Assembly (NCBI GenBank): GCA_905479715.1
Contig: CAJQNR010000014.1
Span: 6,677 to 70,676 of the forward strand
Source: an uncultured Sphingorhabdus sp.
GTDB lineage: Bacteria; Pseudomonadota; Alphaproteobacteria; Sphingomonadales; Sphingomonadaceae
DNA: 64,000 bases
Direction: 5' to 3'
Part shown: piece after piece, positions 31,615 to 39,910 of the stretch
How the letters are laid out: each line of letters begins with the position of its first letter
Numbering within the stretch: the stretch's first letter is position 1
Position numbers and translations under genes: made by a program
The notes under the pieces: generated by a model
The model's input: the letters and a program-made list of their open reading frames with translations, nothing else
The model's database searches: none
What the model was told of the DNA's origin: nothing

Positions 31615-33003
31615 ATGGCCTTATATCGCTCACTTCTGACGATCATCTTTTCGGCAATGGCCTTTTTGGGGTCGACCACCATGTTTCCGATCGTCAATGG
31701 CGCGAATGCGCAGGTTCAACTGACCGAGCCGGCTGAAGAACCGGAATTGGTCATAGATGCCGCGGCGACGGGCAGCGACGACAATGTCATTGCCGACCGG
31801 TTGCGCGGGATTTTCCAGGAAATTAAAGGTCTGGAAGGCGTAGCGGTCGCGGTTGATGCCGGGGTCGTCAGCCTGTCTGGATCGATCGCGGACAGCGCAG
31901 CCGCTGACCGTGCCAAGGCCATAGCGCAGCGTGTCTCCGGGGTCGTCACGGTAGAAACGCAATTTGAGCGCGACCTGTCGGTGGGCAGGAATGTTGAACC
32001 AGTCGTTGATAAATTTGGTGCCAGTTTGCAGAGCTTCCTGTCGGCGCTACCGCTCATCGGGATCGCTTTTCTCGTCGCTATAACCGTGGGGCTATTCGGC
32101 CATTTCATTGCCTCGCGCATGGCTTTCTGGGAACGGGTGACGCCCAATATTTTTCTTGCCGAACTGATCGCCGGATCGGTTCGTGTAATTTTCATTCTTG
32201 TCGGGATATTCATCGGCCTGGACATTCTCAACGCGACCGCCTTGCTGGGTGCGGTGCTTGGCGGGGCTGGCGTGATTGGTTTGGCGGTCGGTTTCGCCCT
32301 TCGCGACACCGTTGACAATTATATGTCGAGTATCATGCTGAGCATCCGCCAGCCGTTTCGTGCCAACGATCATGTCCTGATCGGCGCGCAGGAAGGCCGG
32401 GTTGTCCGGCTGACTTCGCGAGCGACGATTTTGATGACGCTGGATGGCAACCACTTGCGTATTCCCAATGCGACCGTGTTCAAGGCGGAAATATTGAACT
32501 ATTCGCGCAATCCCCAGCGCCGGTTCAGCTTTGAGCTGGGCGTTGATGCCGATGATGATCCGGCCGCGGCCATTGAAACCGGATTGCGGGCGATAAACGG
32601 GCAGGATTTCGTTCTGAATGATCCCGAAGCGACGGCAGAGATAAGGGAAGTTGGTGATTCCAACATCCTCATCGCTTTCCACGGCTGGATCGACCAGCGG
32701 GAAAGCGATTTCAACAAGGCCAGAGGAGCCGCGATCCGGGTCACCAAATATGCGCTGGAAGAATCGGGCTTTGCTTTGCCGGAGCCCATATATCGTTTGC
32801 GTTTCGACAACGGGATGCCGTTTGTAGCCGAGCATTTGAGCCCGGATGAACGAAGCGAACCGGCTGACGAACGACCAATGAAAGTGAAGGTGGACACGGC
32901 GTTTGACGTATCCCCCGAAGACCATGTGGAGAAGCTGGTGGATTCGGAGCGATCGGACCAGGGCACCGACGATCTGCTCGACAACCAACAGCCGGTAGAA
33001 TGA
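31615..33003 (+). CDS. BON domain-MscS fusion mechanosensitive channel
   Basis: BON (GVVSLSG...VSGVVTV) plus GLAVGFALRDTVDNY, RIPNA. Confidence 0.9.
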   Translation: MALYRSLLTIIFSAMAFLGSTTMFPIVNGANAQVQLTEPAEEPELVIDAAATGSDDNVIADRLRGIFQEIKGLEGVAVAVDAGVVSLSGSIADSAAADRAKAIAQRVSGVVTVETQFERDLSVGRNVEPVVDKFGASLQSFLSALPLIGIAFLVAITVGLFGHFIASRMAFWERVTPNIFLAELIAGSVRVIFILVGIFIGLDILNATALLGAVLGGAGVIGLAVGFALRDTVDNYMSSIMLSIRQPFRANDHVLIGAQEGRVVRLTSRATILMTLDGNHLRIPNATVFKAEILNYSRNPQRRFSFELGVDADDDPAAAIETGLRAINGQDFVLNDPEATAEIREVGDSNILIAFHGWIDQRESDFNKARGAAIRVTKYALEESGFALPEPIYRLRFDNGMPFVAEHLSPDERSEPADERPMKVKVDTAFDVSPEDHVEKLVDSERSDQGTDDLLDNQQPVE

Positions 33004-33109
33004 CAACTGGCGCGCTAATCTATGTTAAGCCACGACCGGATCAAATGCATTAATCGACCTCTGGACAACGGCTTGGGCTGCGAGAACCACCGTCAAAAGA
33101 AAGTTATGT

Positions 33110-33535
33110 GTGCGCTCCCGTTTAATCACCTCCATCATCTATGTGAGCACTGCTCGATCTGACTTGAGCGTCGAAGATTTTCTCGGCATCATGGCGGTAT
33201 CGCAACGCAATAATCAGCGGTTCGGGATCACTGGTCTACTCGTGTTTAACGGGACCAATTTCATGCAGTGTCTTGAGGGTGACAAAGCGGCAACCAATGA
33301 TCGGCTCCATCAGATTGGGCTCGACGAACGCCACAACGGCATCACCATTTTAAGCCAGCGACAAAGGCCGTGCCCGGAATTTTCGGAGTGGCACATGGCT
33401 GGACGATATCTGCCGGCAAAGCAGGGCATGGGGGAAGCCGATCTTACCGCGCTCCTGTCCGATGACGCGGTTTCGGATGCGACCCGGACTTTGTTCCAGA
33501 GCTTCCGATCTCTCGGTGGCCTGTTCAAGCCGTGA
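33110..33535 (+). CDS. Stand-alone BLUF blue-light sensor
   Basis: IYVS (Tyr), RNN, ITGLL, FMQCLEG (Gln), DERH, FSEWHM. Confidence 0.9.
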   Translation: MRSRLITSIIYVSTARSDLSVEDFLGIMAVSQRNNQRFGITGLLVFNGTNFMQCLEGDKAATNDRLHQIGLDERHNGITILSQRQRPCPEFSEWHMAGRYLPAKQGMGEADLTALLSDDAVSDATRTLFQSFRSLGGLFKP

Positions 33536-33608
33536 ATCGCGCCACCATCAGGCCTGCACAATTTGTCCCGTTATCCTTGGTGTCCGCGCTATTGTATTTC
33601 CACCGACC

Positions 33609-33824
33609 TCAAGTAGCAGTCTTGCCTTGTGCGGATGCTTTTCTGGCCTTTTCCAGTTCTGCTGCTTCGTCGCCGTCGAGCGCCTGCGAAGCTTCTTTTG
33701 CCTTTTTCTCGACATCACCATTCTTAGCAAATTCATGCTGGGCGTCCTGAAAACGGCGAGAGCCTTCTCTGCTGCCTTCGCCTTCCATTTTCAGGTTGGA
33801 TTTCTTTTTTGTGCTGTCTGACAT
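33609..33824 (-). CDS. Small hydrophilic stress-type protein
   Basis: 71 aa, highly charged (EGEGSREG...AAELEKAR); GGAG RBS; weak GGAAC-N17-GCTT at 33864-33889. Confidence 0.7.
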   Translation of the reverse strand: MSDSTKKKSNLKMEGEGSREGSRRFQDAQHEFAKNGDVEKKAKEASQALDGDEAAELEKARKASAQGKTAT

Positions 33825-33923
33825 CGCTAAAATCTCCAAAATTGAATTTTACCATCCAATAGAAAGCCACAGCCCAAGGAGATCGTTCCCCCGCGATTGG
33901 ACAATATTTATAAAAATTTATAT

Positions 33924-33948
33924 GCAACCTTTACCGACATCGGGTGTT
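33924..33948 (+). promoter_or_regulatory. EcfG promoter of nepR-ecfG
   Basis: GCAAC-N16-TGTT. Confidence 0.6.
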
Positions 33949-34048
33949 TTCCCTGCAAGCAACGAAAATTAAGGCATGTTTTGGGTAACCCCGATAGAAG
34001 CAAGATTGGTTCACCGGGAAACGGTGATGGGGTAGAAAACCGAAGGAC

Positions 34049-34243
34049 GTGCGGGTGAAAAGTAAGGACGACATGCAACAGAGATTGGGCCTCGGGCTTA
34101 AAAACATGTATTTAAGCGTATTGGAGGAGCCTCTTCCGGACGACATGTTGGCGCTATTGGATCAGTTGGATGACGACGACAAGGATGATAAAGACGATGA
34201 AGACGATAGCGCCAGTCGATCGGACCTAAATGAGCAAGGGTAA
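34049..34243 (+). CDS. nepR: Anti-sigma factor NepR (alternative start 34073)
   Basis: LG.GLK.MY.SVLEEPLPDDMLALLDQLD; overlaps the ecfG start. Confidence 0.9.
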   Translation: MRVKSKDDMQQRLGLGLKNMYLSVLEEPLPDDMLALLDQLDDDDKDDKDDEDDSASRSDLNEQG

Positions 34244-34820
34244 GGCCTTACCATCAGCGCAGTTCAAGCAGCAATTGGCGGAAGCAATTCCGCATTTGCG
34301 TGCCTTTGGGCGGAGTCTGGCGGGCGATCGCGACATAGCCGATGATCTCGTCCAGGACACTTTGCTGAAGGCCTGGGCGGCTCGGGACCGTTTCATTGCG
34401 GGCACATCGATGCGAGCCTGGACCTTTGTCATTTTGCGGAACACGTTTTTTTCCAGCATGCGCAGAAAGAAATTCACCGGGAATTATGACGAGCTGGTAG
34501 CAGAACGGATATTATCCGCACCCGCGTCGCAGCAGGATCCGTTGCATCTGGCGGATTTGCAGCGCGCATTGATGGAATTGTCCGACGACCAGAGAGAGGC
34601 AATCATTCTGGTTGGTGCCGGTGGCTATTCCTACGAAGAAGCCGCCGAAATCGCCAATTGCGCGATCGGCACGATGAAAAGCCGCGTATCCCGCGCCCGC
34701 AAGACGCTGGAAGAAATTCTGGACGAGGGACGCTTTACATCGGCGTCGGACGGGCATGAGAACCTGACCGCAACCGCGCTTGAGAATATCATTGGCGAGG
34801 TTGAAAAGATCGGCTCCTAG
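34230..34820 (+). CDS. ecfG: ECF15 general stress sigma factor EcfG/SigT
   Basis: IPHLRAFGRSL, ADDLVQDTL.KAW, AWTFVILRN, YEEAA...GTMKSRVSRAR; next to nepR and phyR. Confidence 0.92.
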   Translation: MSKGKALPSAQFKQQLAEAIPHLRAFGRSLAGDRDIADDLVQDTLLKAWAARDRFIAGTSMRAWTFVILRNTFFSSMRRKKFTGNYDELVAERILSAPASQQDPLHLADLQRALMELSDDQREAIILVGAGGYSYEEAAEIANCAIGTMKSRVSRARKTLEEILDEGRFTSASDGHENLTATALENIIGEVEKIGS

Positions 34821-34927
34821 CGCCGTCTCACCGCCTAGTTGCAATTCCCCGTCCCCCTACAATTGTAAAAGAATATCACCATGACCACGCGGATCACGGC
34901 TGGCGGTAGCGCGCGCGTGCGGTTCAA

Positions 34928-34965
34928 CTTGCGAGGATGGGCCTATCGCGGGTCATCCTCGCAAG
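34928..34965. terminator. Strong hairpin between convergent ecfG and phyR
   Basis: CTTGCGAGGATG...CATCCTCGCAAG, perfect 12-bp inverted repeat; no clear U-tract. Confidence 0.6.
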
Positions 34966-34980
34966 AGGACAGGATTATGC

Positions 34981-35760
34981 TTATGCCGGCTGTGCTGCGG
35001 TCGAAAAGAACAACGCCTGGCTGATCGCTGCGCGGATCGCATTGGGCTGAAATGGTTTGGTGATGAGAAAAGTCGGTTCCGGGCGCTCGCCAGTGAGCAG
35101 ACGTTCGGGAAATGCGGTAATGAAGATTACCGGAACCGATATCTGCTCCAATATGTCTTTCACAGCATCGATTCCCGAACTGCCGTCCGCCAGCTGAATG
35201 TCCGCAAGCACGAGACTCGGCTTGGCTTTGTCGACCGATTCCAGCGCGCCCTTGTGGGTCGTTGCGGTGCCGCATACACGGTGGCCCAATTCTGTAACGA
35301 TTTGCTGCAATTCCATCGAAATGAGCGCCTCATCCTCGATTATCAGCACATCCGACCGGATTTCCTTGTCGATGTCTGCAATCGCATCTTCGAGCAGGTC
35401 GTTGATCGACGCTTCTCCAACATCTGCAATTTTCGCGACTTCACTGATCGAAAAGCCTTCCAGAGCGGTCAGCAGCAGCACTTGGCGGCTGATCGGCGGA
35501 ATGGCGTTCAATCGGCTTTGGGCGGTGTTATCGTCCGGGTTTTCTGTCACTCTTACGTTCGCACTTTCCCAAATTCGGGAAAAAATCCGATAGAGTTGAA
35601 CGCGGATATTATCGTCATTTGATACCGATTCCGGATCAGCGACGATCGCCTCAAGCGTTGCTTTGACAAAGGCATCCCCACTTTTTTGACTTCCGGTCAG
35701 CGCGCGCGCGTAGCGCCGCAAATAAGGCAAGTGCGGTTTTAGAATTTCAGCTAGCGACAT
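34981..35760 (-). CDS. phyR: Anti-anti-sigma response regulator PhyR
   Basis: HLPYLRRYARALTGSQ..GD sigma-like domain; receiver IIEDE, LADIQLADGSSG, ITAFPERLLTGERPEP. Confidence 0.96.
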   Translation of the reverse strand: MSLAEILKPHLPYLRRYARALTGSQKSGDAFVKATLEAIVADPESVSNDDNIRVQLYRIFSRIWESANVRVTENPDDNTAQSRLNAIPPISRQVLLLTALEGFSISEVAKIADVGEASINDLLEDAIADIDKEIRSDVLIIEDEALISMELQQIVTELGHRVCGTATTHKGALESVDKAKPSLVLADIQLADGSSGIDAVKDILEQISVPVIFITAFPERLLTGERPEPTFLITKPFQPNAIRAAISQALFFSTAAQPA

Positions 35761-35788
35761 ATATATCTATCTCCGTGATGCCCTCTCA

Positions 35789-35813
35789 AACGCATGACAT
35801 GTAAAAGGGTTCC
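35789..35813 (-). promoter_or_regulatory. EcfG promoter of phyR
   Basis: GGAAC-ccttttacatgtcatg(16)-CGTT, perfect consensus. Confidence 0.85.
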
Positions 35814-35869
35814 ACAAATATTTCAATCAGTCGAAACCGACCATATCTCCGGATTTTTAGCGCCATACC

Positions 35870-35894
35870 GGAACCAAACTGACGGCAAGCCGTA
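35870..35894 (+). promoter_or_regulatory. EcfG promoter of the DUF883 gene
   Basis: GGAAC-N16-CGTA. Confidence 0.7.
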
Positions 35895-35928
35895 TGTTTG
35901 ATATCAATCGGCAATTGGAGCAAATAAT

Positions 35929-36219
35929 ATGACAGGCGATTATTCAGAAGAAATGGGTGCGGTGAAATCAGATCTGCTCACGCTGAAAAGCGATCTCGCA
36001 AATCTGACGAAATCCGTCAAAGCTGACGCGCAAAGCAACGCAGCGGAATTGCGCGACAATGCATCGATAAAGCTCAAGGCAGCGCAGAAAAATGCGATGG
36101 AAGCGGGGACAAAGGGGAGGAATAAAGCGCAGCAGACGATCAAGGAAAATCCGATCGTGAGTATTGCAGCGACCGCCGGGCTTGGGCTGATCGTGGGTGC
36201 TTTGATGGCGCGGCGATAA
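35929..36219 (+). CDS. DUF883 (ElaB/YqjD-like) tail-anchored protein
   Basis: Coiled N-terminus, IKENPIVSIAATAGLGLIVGALMARR. Confidence 0.88.
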   Translation: MTGDYSEEMGAVKSDLLTLKSDLANLTKSVKADAQSNAAELRDNASIKLKAAQKNAMEAGTKGRNKAQQTIKENPIVSIAATAGLGLIVGALMARR

Positions 36220-36244
36220 TCGCCATGAATTTTTGGAATCACAG

Positions 36245-36279
36245 AAGGGCGAGGGGCGTACACTTCCCCTCGCCCTTTT
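36245..36279 (+). terminator. Intrinsic terminator after the DUF883 gene
   Basis: AAGGGCGAGGGG...CCCCTCGCCCTTTT. Confidence 0.8.
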
Positions 36280-36348
36280 AACTATGTTTATTCCGGTCGG
36301 GATATTGTGATAGCGGTGCGCGGTGTGGGGCTTTGGTTCCGTACGCAT

Positions 36349-36373
36349 GGAACGAGATCGCCAGCTAGACGTT
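36349..36373 (+). promoter_or_regulatory. EcfG promoter of the HWE kinase-Crp operon
   Basis: GGAAC-gagatcgccagctaga(16)-CGTT, perfect consensus. Confidence 0.8.
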
Positions 36374-36415
36374 TGTATGTTGATCTCTTCAGGGGGCATG
36401 AAAAAAGGATCGGAT

Positions 36416-37921
36416 ATGAGCGCGGTTAATCGCACGACCGACAAGCGGCACAAATCGATGGAAAGCGAACGGTTGGCGATACTTGAGAGCTATCACATCA
36501 TGGATAGTGGACCGGAGGAAGCCTTCGACCGTATCGCGCGATTTGCCGCCGACATTTTCTCGGCACCGATGGCGTCCGTCGCTTTCTTTGATGAAAAGCG
36601 TGAATGGTTCAAATCCAAGGTAGGGATAACAGAATCCTATGCCGACCGGTCGGTTTCTCTGTGCAGGCATCTGATTGAAGGCAAAGAGTTTGTTCTCATC
36701 GAGGATGCGGAACGTGTCCCCGCATTGGCAGACAATCCGTTGGTCAGTGGCGATCCGTCTATTCGATTTTACGCCGGTGCGCCGCTGATCGCTCCCGGTG
36801 GCATGGTATTGGGAGCGCTTTGGATCGCGGACACGGTCGCGCGATTCCGGACAACACAAAGCCAGCTCCAACAACTCCGCAACATGGCTGACATCGTGAT
36901 GAGTGAAATGGAATTGCGTCGGGAGATTGCGCTGCGGGAGCAAGCACAAAAAAATGCTGCGATCGATCGATCCAATTTAAATCTTACCCTGGCGCTCAGC
37001 AACACGGCGAGTTTCCGGCTCGATTATACAACGGGACTGATCGAATGGGGTGGTGCCTATATGAAAATATGGGGTGAAGATGCTTCCGAATCGCTGGCAG
37101 AATTGCCAGCCGCATTGGACCGCATCCATCCCGAAGATCTTGTCTCGGTGAGGGAGGCGATGAACCTGGCTTCTTCGCCAGGCGAAAAATTTGAGATCCG
37201 TTTTCGCATCATCATGCCCTCGGGAGAGATTCGATGGGTGGAGGCCTATGGGGATTATATCGAGGTAAACGGTCGCCCGACATTGACGGGCCTCAACAAG
37301 GATATAACCCATTCTGTCGACCAGCAGGAGCAGCTCAAACTGCACACGCGCGAATTGCATCATCGCCTGCGCAATCTCTTTGCTACGCTGCAATCAATCA
37401 TGGCGCTGACAAAAAAGTCAGCCACGTCGATCGATGACTATATCGAGCGGATCAATAGCCGGTTGAGTGCGCTCAACCGCGCCCAGCAAATACTGCTCGA
37501 CACCAATTTTGTGACGGGTTCCTTTGCCGCCTTGGTCAAGGATCTCAGCAGGACCTACCCGAGGGTGCGCTGGTCTGGTGCGGATTTTCCCCTTTCCGAA
37601 AATGCGATGGTGTCAATTTCGCTCGTCTTGAATGAACTGGCAACCAATGCCGCCAAATATGGTGCGCTGACAACCGATAAAGGTCTTGTGAAGATCGATT
37701 GGACGATCGAGCCTGACGATGGTCAGGATATCATCACTCTGCGCTGGTCGGAACGCGGTGGCCCGAAGACAGACGCGGTGCCATTGGGGGCGGGCTTTGG
37801 CTCATCGCTTGTCGATCACAGTATCACCCGGAACTTGCGGGGAGAGATCAAGCGAGACTGGACAGCGGACGGCCTGATCTGCACCATCGCATTTCCGGTT
37901 TCGGAAGATGGAGGATATTAG
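36416..37921 (+). CDS. Cytoplasmic GAF-PAS-HWE histidine kinase
   Basis: GAF (IRFYAGAPL), PAS (IHPED...RWV), ELHHRLRN, NELATNAAKYGAL, WSERGG, GFGS; start placed downstream of the promoter. Confidence 0.9.
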   Translation: MSAVNRTTDKRHKSMESERLAILESYHIMDSGPEEAFDRIARFAADIFSAPMASVAFFDEKREWFKSKVGITESYADRSVSLCRHLIEGKEFVLIEDAERVPALADNPLVSGDPSIRFYAGAPLIAPGGMVLGALWIADTVARFRTTQSQLQQLRNMADIVMSEMELRREIALREQAQKNAAIDRSNLNLTLALSNTASFRLDYTTGLIEWGGAYMKIWGEDASESLAELPAALDRIHPEDLVSVREAMNLASSPGEKFEIRFRIIMPSGEIRWVEAYGDYIEVNGRPTLTGLNKDITHSVDQQEQLKLHTRELHHRLRNLFATLQSIMALTKKSATSIDDYIERINSRLSALNRAQQILLDTNFVTGSFAALVKDLSRTYPRVRWSGADFPLSENAMVSISLVLNELATNAAKYGALTTDKGLVKIDWTIEPDDGQDIITLRWSERGGPKTDAVPLGAGFGSSLVDHSITRNLRGEIKRDWTADGLICTIAFPVSEDGGY

Positions 37922-38658
37922 TGGCGCGACAGGCCTTGCTCCGGCGGATTTCCTTCTACGCCGATCTGGATGGCGATGATCAGCAGGTAATTCTGGAGAT
38001 CGCCGGGCGTGAGCAGCGCTTCGAGAAAAACACGGAAATTATCGATGCCGGTCAGGAACTGGATAGCGTGCTGATTGTGAAGGAAGGCTGGGCGATCCGG
38101 TACAAGTCTCTTGAGGACGGTCGGCGTCAGGTTCTGAATGTGCTCTTGCCCGGAGACATGTTCGATTTGCAGGTCCTGGTGGCCGCCGAAGCCGACCATT
38201 CTGTCAAAACCGTCACCAGCTTGACCGCATTGTCGGTCCGTCCATCGGTGTTGCGTCATCTGCTTACTGAGTCTGGTAAACTGACGCTCGCCTTCTGGTG
38301 GATGCAGGTGCAGGAAGAAGCCTTTCTGCGTGAACAGATCGTCCGAAACGGGCAGCAAACAGCACGGGAAAGAATTGGACATTTCCTTCTCGAGCTTCAC
38401 CGTCGCGTCCGAATAGCGGGCGAGGGTACCAGCGAAGGGTTTCGCGTACCGTTGACGCAAACGGTGATTGCCGACGCGCTGGGGCTCACTCCCATTCATA
38501 CCAATCGTGTGCTTCGCCAACTGGAGCGCGACGGTCTGCTCGAGCGGAACAATGGATGGCTGCTGTTCAAGGATGCCGCCCGGCTTGCGGAAATCAGCCA
38601 ATTTGATCCCGCCTATTTCCATCTTGACGCTTTTCGCATGCGGCTTGGCCGTGATTAA
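37921..38658 (+). CDS. Crp/Fnr-family transcriptional regulator
   Basis: GWAIRYK..EDGRRQV..LLPGD, LTQ..IADALGLTPIHTNRVL; GTG overlaps the kinase stop. Confidence 0.92.
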   Translation: MARQALLRRISFYADLDGDDQQVILEIAGREQRFEKNTEIIDAGQELDSVLIVKEGWAIRYKSLEDGRRQVLNVLLPGDMFDLQVLVAAEADHSVKTVTSLTALSVRPSVLRHLLTESGKLTLAFWWMQVQEEAFLREQIVRNGQQTARERIGHFLLELHRRVRIAGEGTSEGFRVPLTQTVIADALGLTPIHTNRVLRQLERDGLLERNNGWLLFKDAARLAEISQFDPAYFHLDAFRMRLGRD

Positions 38659-38672
38659 ATTTGTGGCACAAT

Positions 38673-38698
38673 GGAACCCGATGCCGATCCCCTGCGTT
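38673..38698 (+). promoter_or_regulatory. EcfG promoter of the small lipoprotein gene
   Basis: GGAAC-N17-CGTT. Confidence 0.75.
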
Positions 38699-38729
38699 GC
38701 ATATATCGAACCAATGAAGGGAGCTTAGT

Positions 38730-38957
38730 ATGAATAAATTTTTAATCGTAGCGGCGATGGCTGCTGGTGTGACCCTCTCCGGCTGCGAGGCCAAAGTTAC
38801 GGAAGAAGGTGAAATGCCTTCCGTGGACGTGGATGTATCTGGCGATTCGGGCAAACTGCCGGAGATTGATGTCGATACTGCCGATGTGGAAGTGGGTACG
38901 GAAGAGGTTACCGTGGACGTTCCCGATGTTGACGTGAAGATGCCTTCCGAAGAGTGA
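38730..38957 (+). CDS. Small acidic lipoprotein
   Basis: Lipobox LSGC; repeated P.VDVD motifs; AAGGGAG RBS. Confidence 0.85.
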   Translation: MNKFLIVAAMAAGVTLSGCEAKVTEEGEMPSVDVDVSGDSGKLPEIDVDTADVEVGTEEVTVDVPDVDVKMPSEE

Positions 38958-38974
38958 TTTTTTCCAAACGCAAA

Positions 38975-39222
38975 AGACAAGAGTGGCCAGGCAATATGAC
39001 CTGGCCATTTTTTTGCCCGATGGATTCCCGCGATGGAATCCCCTTGTGGAATCCAGAGTTGGTTAAGCTCTGAAGACGGCAGAAGTCTGGAGTGTTGCAC
39101 CTGGAAAGGTGGCTGGGAAATTGTCCGTTCGGAAAACGGGGGGATTACGAGGCGGCAAATTTCCCAGCCGGTTTTTGAGGAATGAAGGCAAACCCCGGGC
39201 AGGGGATTGTCGCTCATTCAAA
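38975..39222 (-). ncRNA. Candidate EcfG-dependent structured sRNA #2
   Basis: Orphan EcfG promoter upstream; perfect 12-bp stem 39111-39122/39158-39169; further hairpins; C-rich segments. Confidence 0.4.
38984..39014 (+). terminator. Intrinsic terminator after the lipoprotein gene (possibly bidirectional)
   Basis: TGGCCAGG...CCTGGCCA followed by T7. Confidence 0.8.
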
Positions 39223-39228
39223 TGGTAA

Positions 39229-39253
39229 AACCCCCGGTGTCGTAATTGGTTCC
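39229..39253 (-). promoter_or_regulatory. EcfG promoter with no credible downstream CDS
   Basis: GGAAC-caattacgacaccggg(16)-GGTT. Confidence 0.6.
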
Positions 39254-39382
39254 CTATCAATCGCATTTTTTTTGCGCGCTATCCGGCACCTGCAGACAAA
39301 TGGCCTTTTGCCGCTTTGAGGCAATCTTCCATCGGTTCCGGCAATCCGGCCACGCGTTCCTCCGCGCGCGCAGGGGGAACAC

Positions 39383-39407
39383 GCAACCGATTGATGGCTT
39401 GTGCGTT
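39383..39407 (+). promoter_or_regulatory. EcfG promoter of the hemerythrin-DUF421 genes
   Basis: GCAAC-N16-CGTT. Confidence 0.65.
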
Positions 39408-39432
39408 GAACAGGCAGAAGAGGGAAGATATT

Positions 39433-39882
39433 ATGACTGACATTTTTACCCGACTGAAACAGGACCATGACCAGCATCGCGAGATGCTCGACAGGGTGGC
39501 GGCAACAAGCGGCGACAGCCAGGAGCGGCGAGAGGCGTTCGAAAAACTGCGGATCGACGTTTCGGCTCATGCCAACGCCGAGGAACAGTCCCTGTACGCC
39601 GAAATGCTGGGCAGACCCGAGCTGCAGGACAAGGGCCGCCACTCGGTTGCCGAGCACAAGGAAGCGGACGAATATTTCGAAGATCTGGTAGACATGGATT
39701 TCGACAGCAGCGGCTGGCTGACCCGGTTCAAAACCCTGAAGGAACGGCTCGAACATCATATGGACGAGGAAGAAAATGAAATATTTGCCGCCGCCAGAAA
39801 GGACCTGAGCGACGATCGGGCCATGGAACTGGCAGAAATTTTCAATGATCGCAAGCCAGTGGAGAAGCAGGACGTTGCTTGA
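39433..39882 (+). CDS. Hemerythrin-like (HHE) domain protein
   Basis: LKQDH, HANAEE..LY, EH, HHMDEEE.EIF. Confidence 0.9.
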   Translation: MTDIFTRLKQDHDQHREMLDRVAATSGDSQERREAFEKLRIDVSAHANAEEQSLYAEMLGRPELQDKGRHSVAEHKEADEYFEDLVDMDFDSSGWLTRFKTLKERLEHHMDEEENEIFAAARKDLSDDRAMELAEIFNDRKPVEKQDVA

Positions 39883-39910
39883 TCAACTGATCGGACCGGA
39901 GGCCGTGGCG

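Noticed and set aside
33083-33105. AGAAC...AGTT upstream of the BLUF gene
   Set aside because: Spacer is only 14 nt and the -35 is mismatched; not counted as an EcfG promoter
36336-36340. Minus-strand GGAAC next to the kinase promoter
   Set aside because: No GTT-like -10 element at 16-17 nt spacing
38594-39217. 207-aa minus-strand ORF downstream of the orphan EcfG promoter
   Set aside because: No RBS, runs through a terminator and antisense to the lipoprotein gene, and has no protein-like motifs; a non-coding RNA is the better explanation, though this is untested
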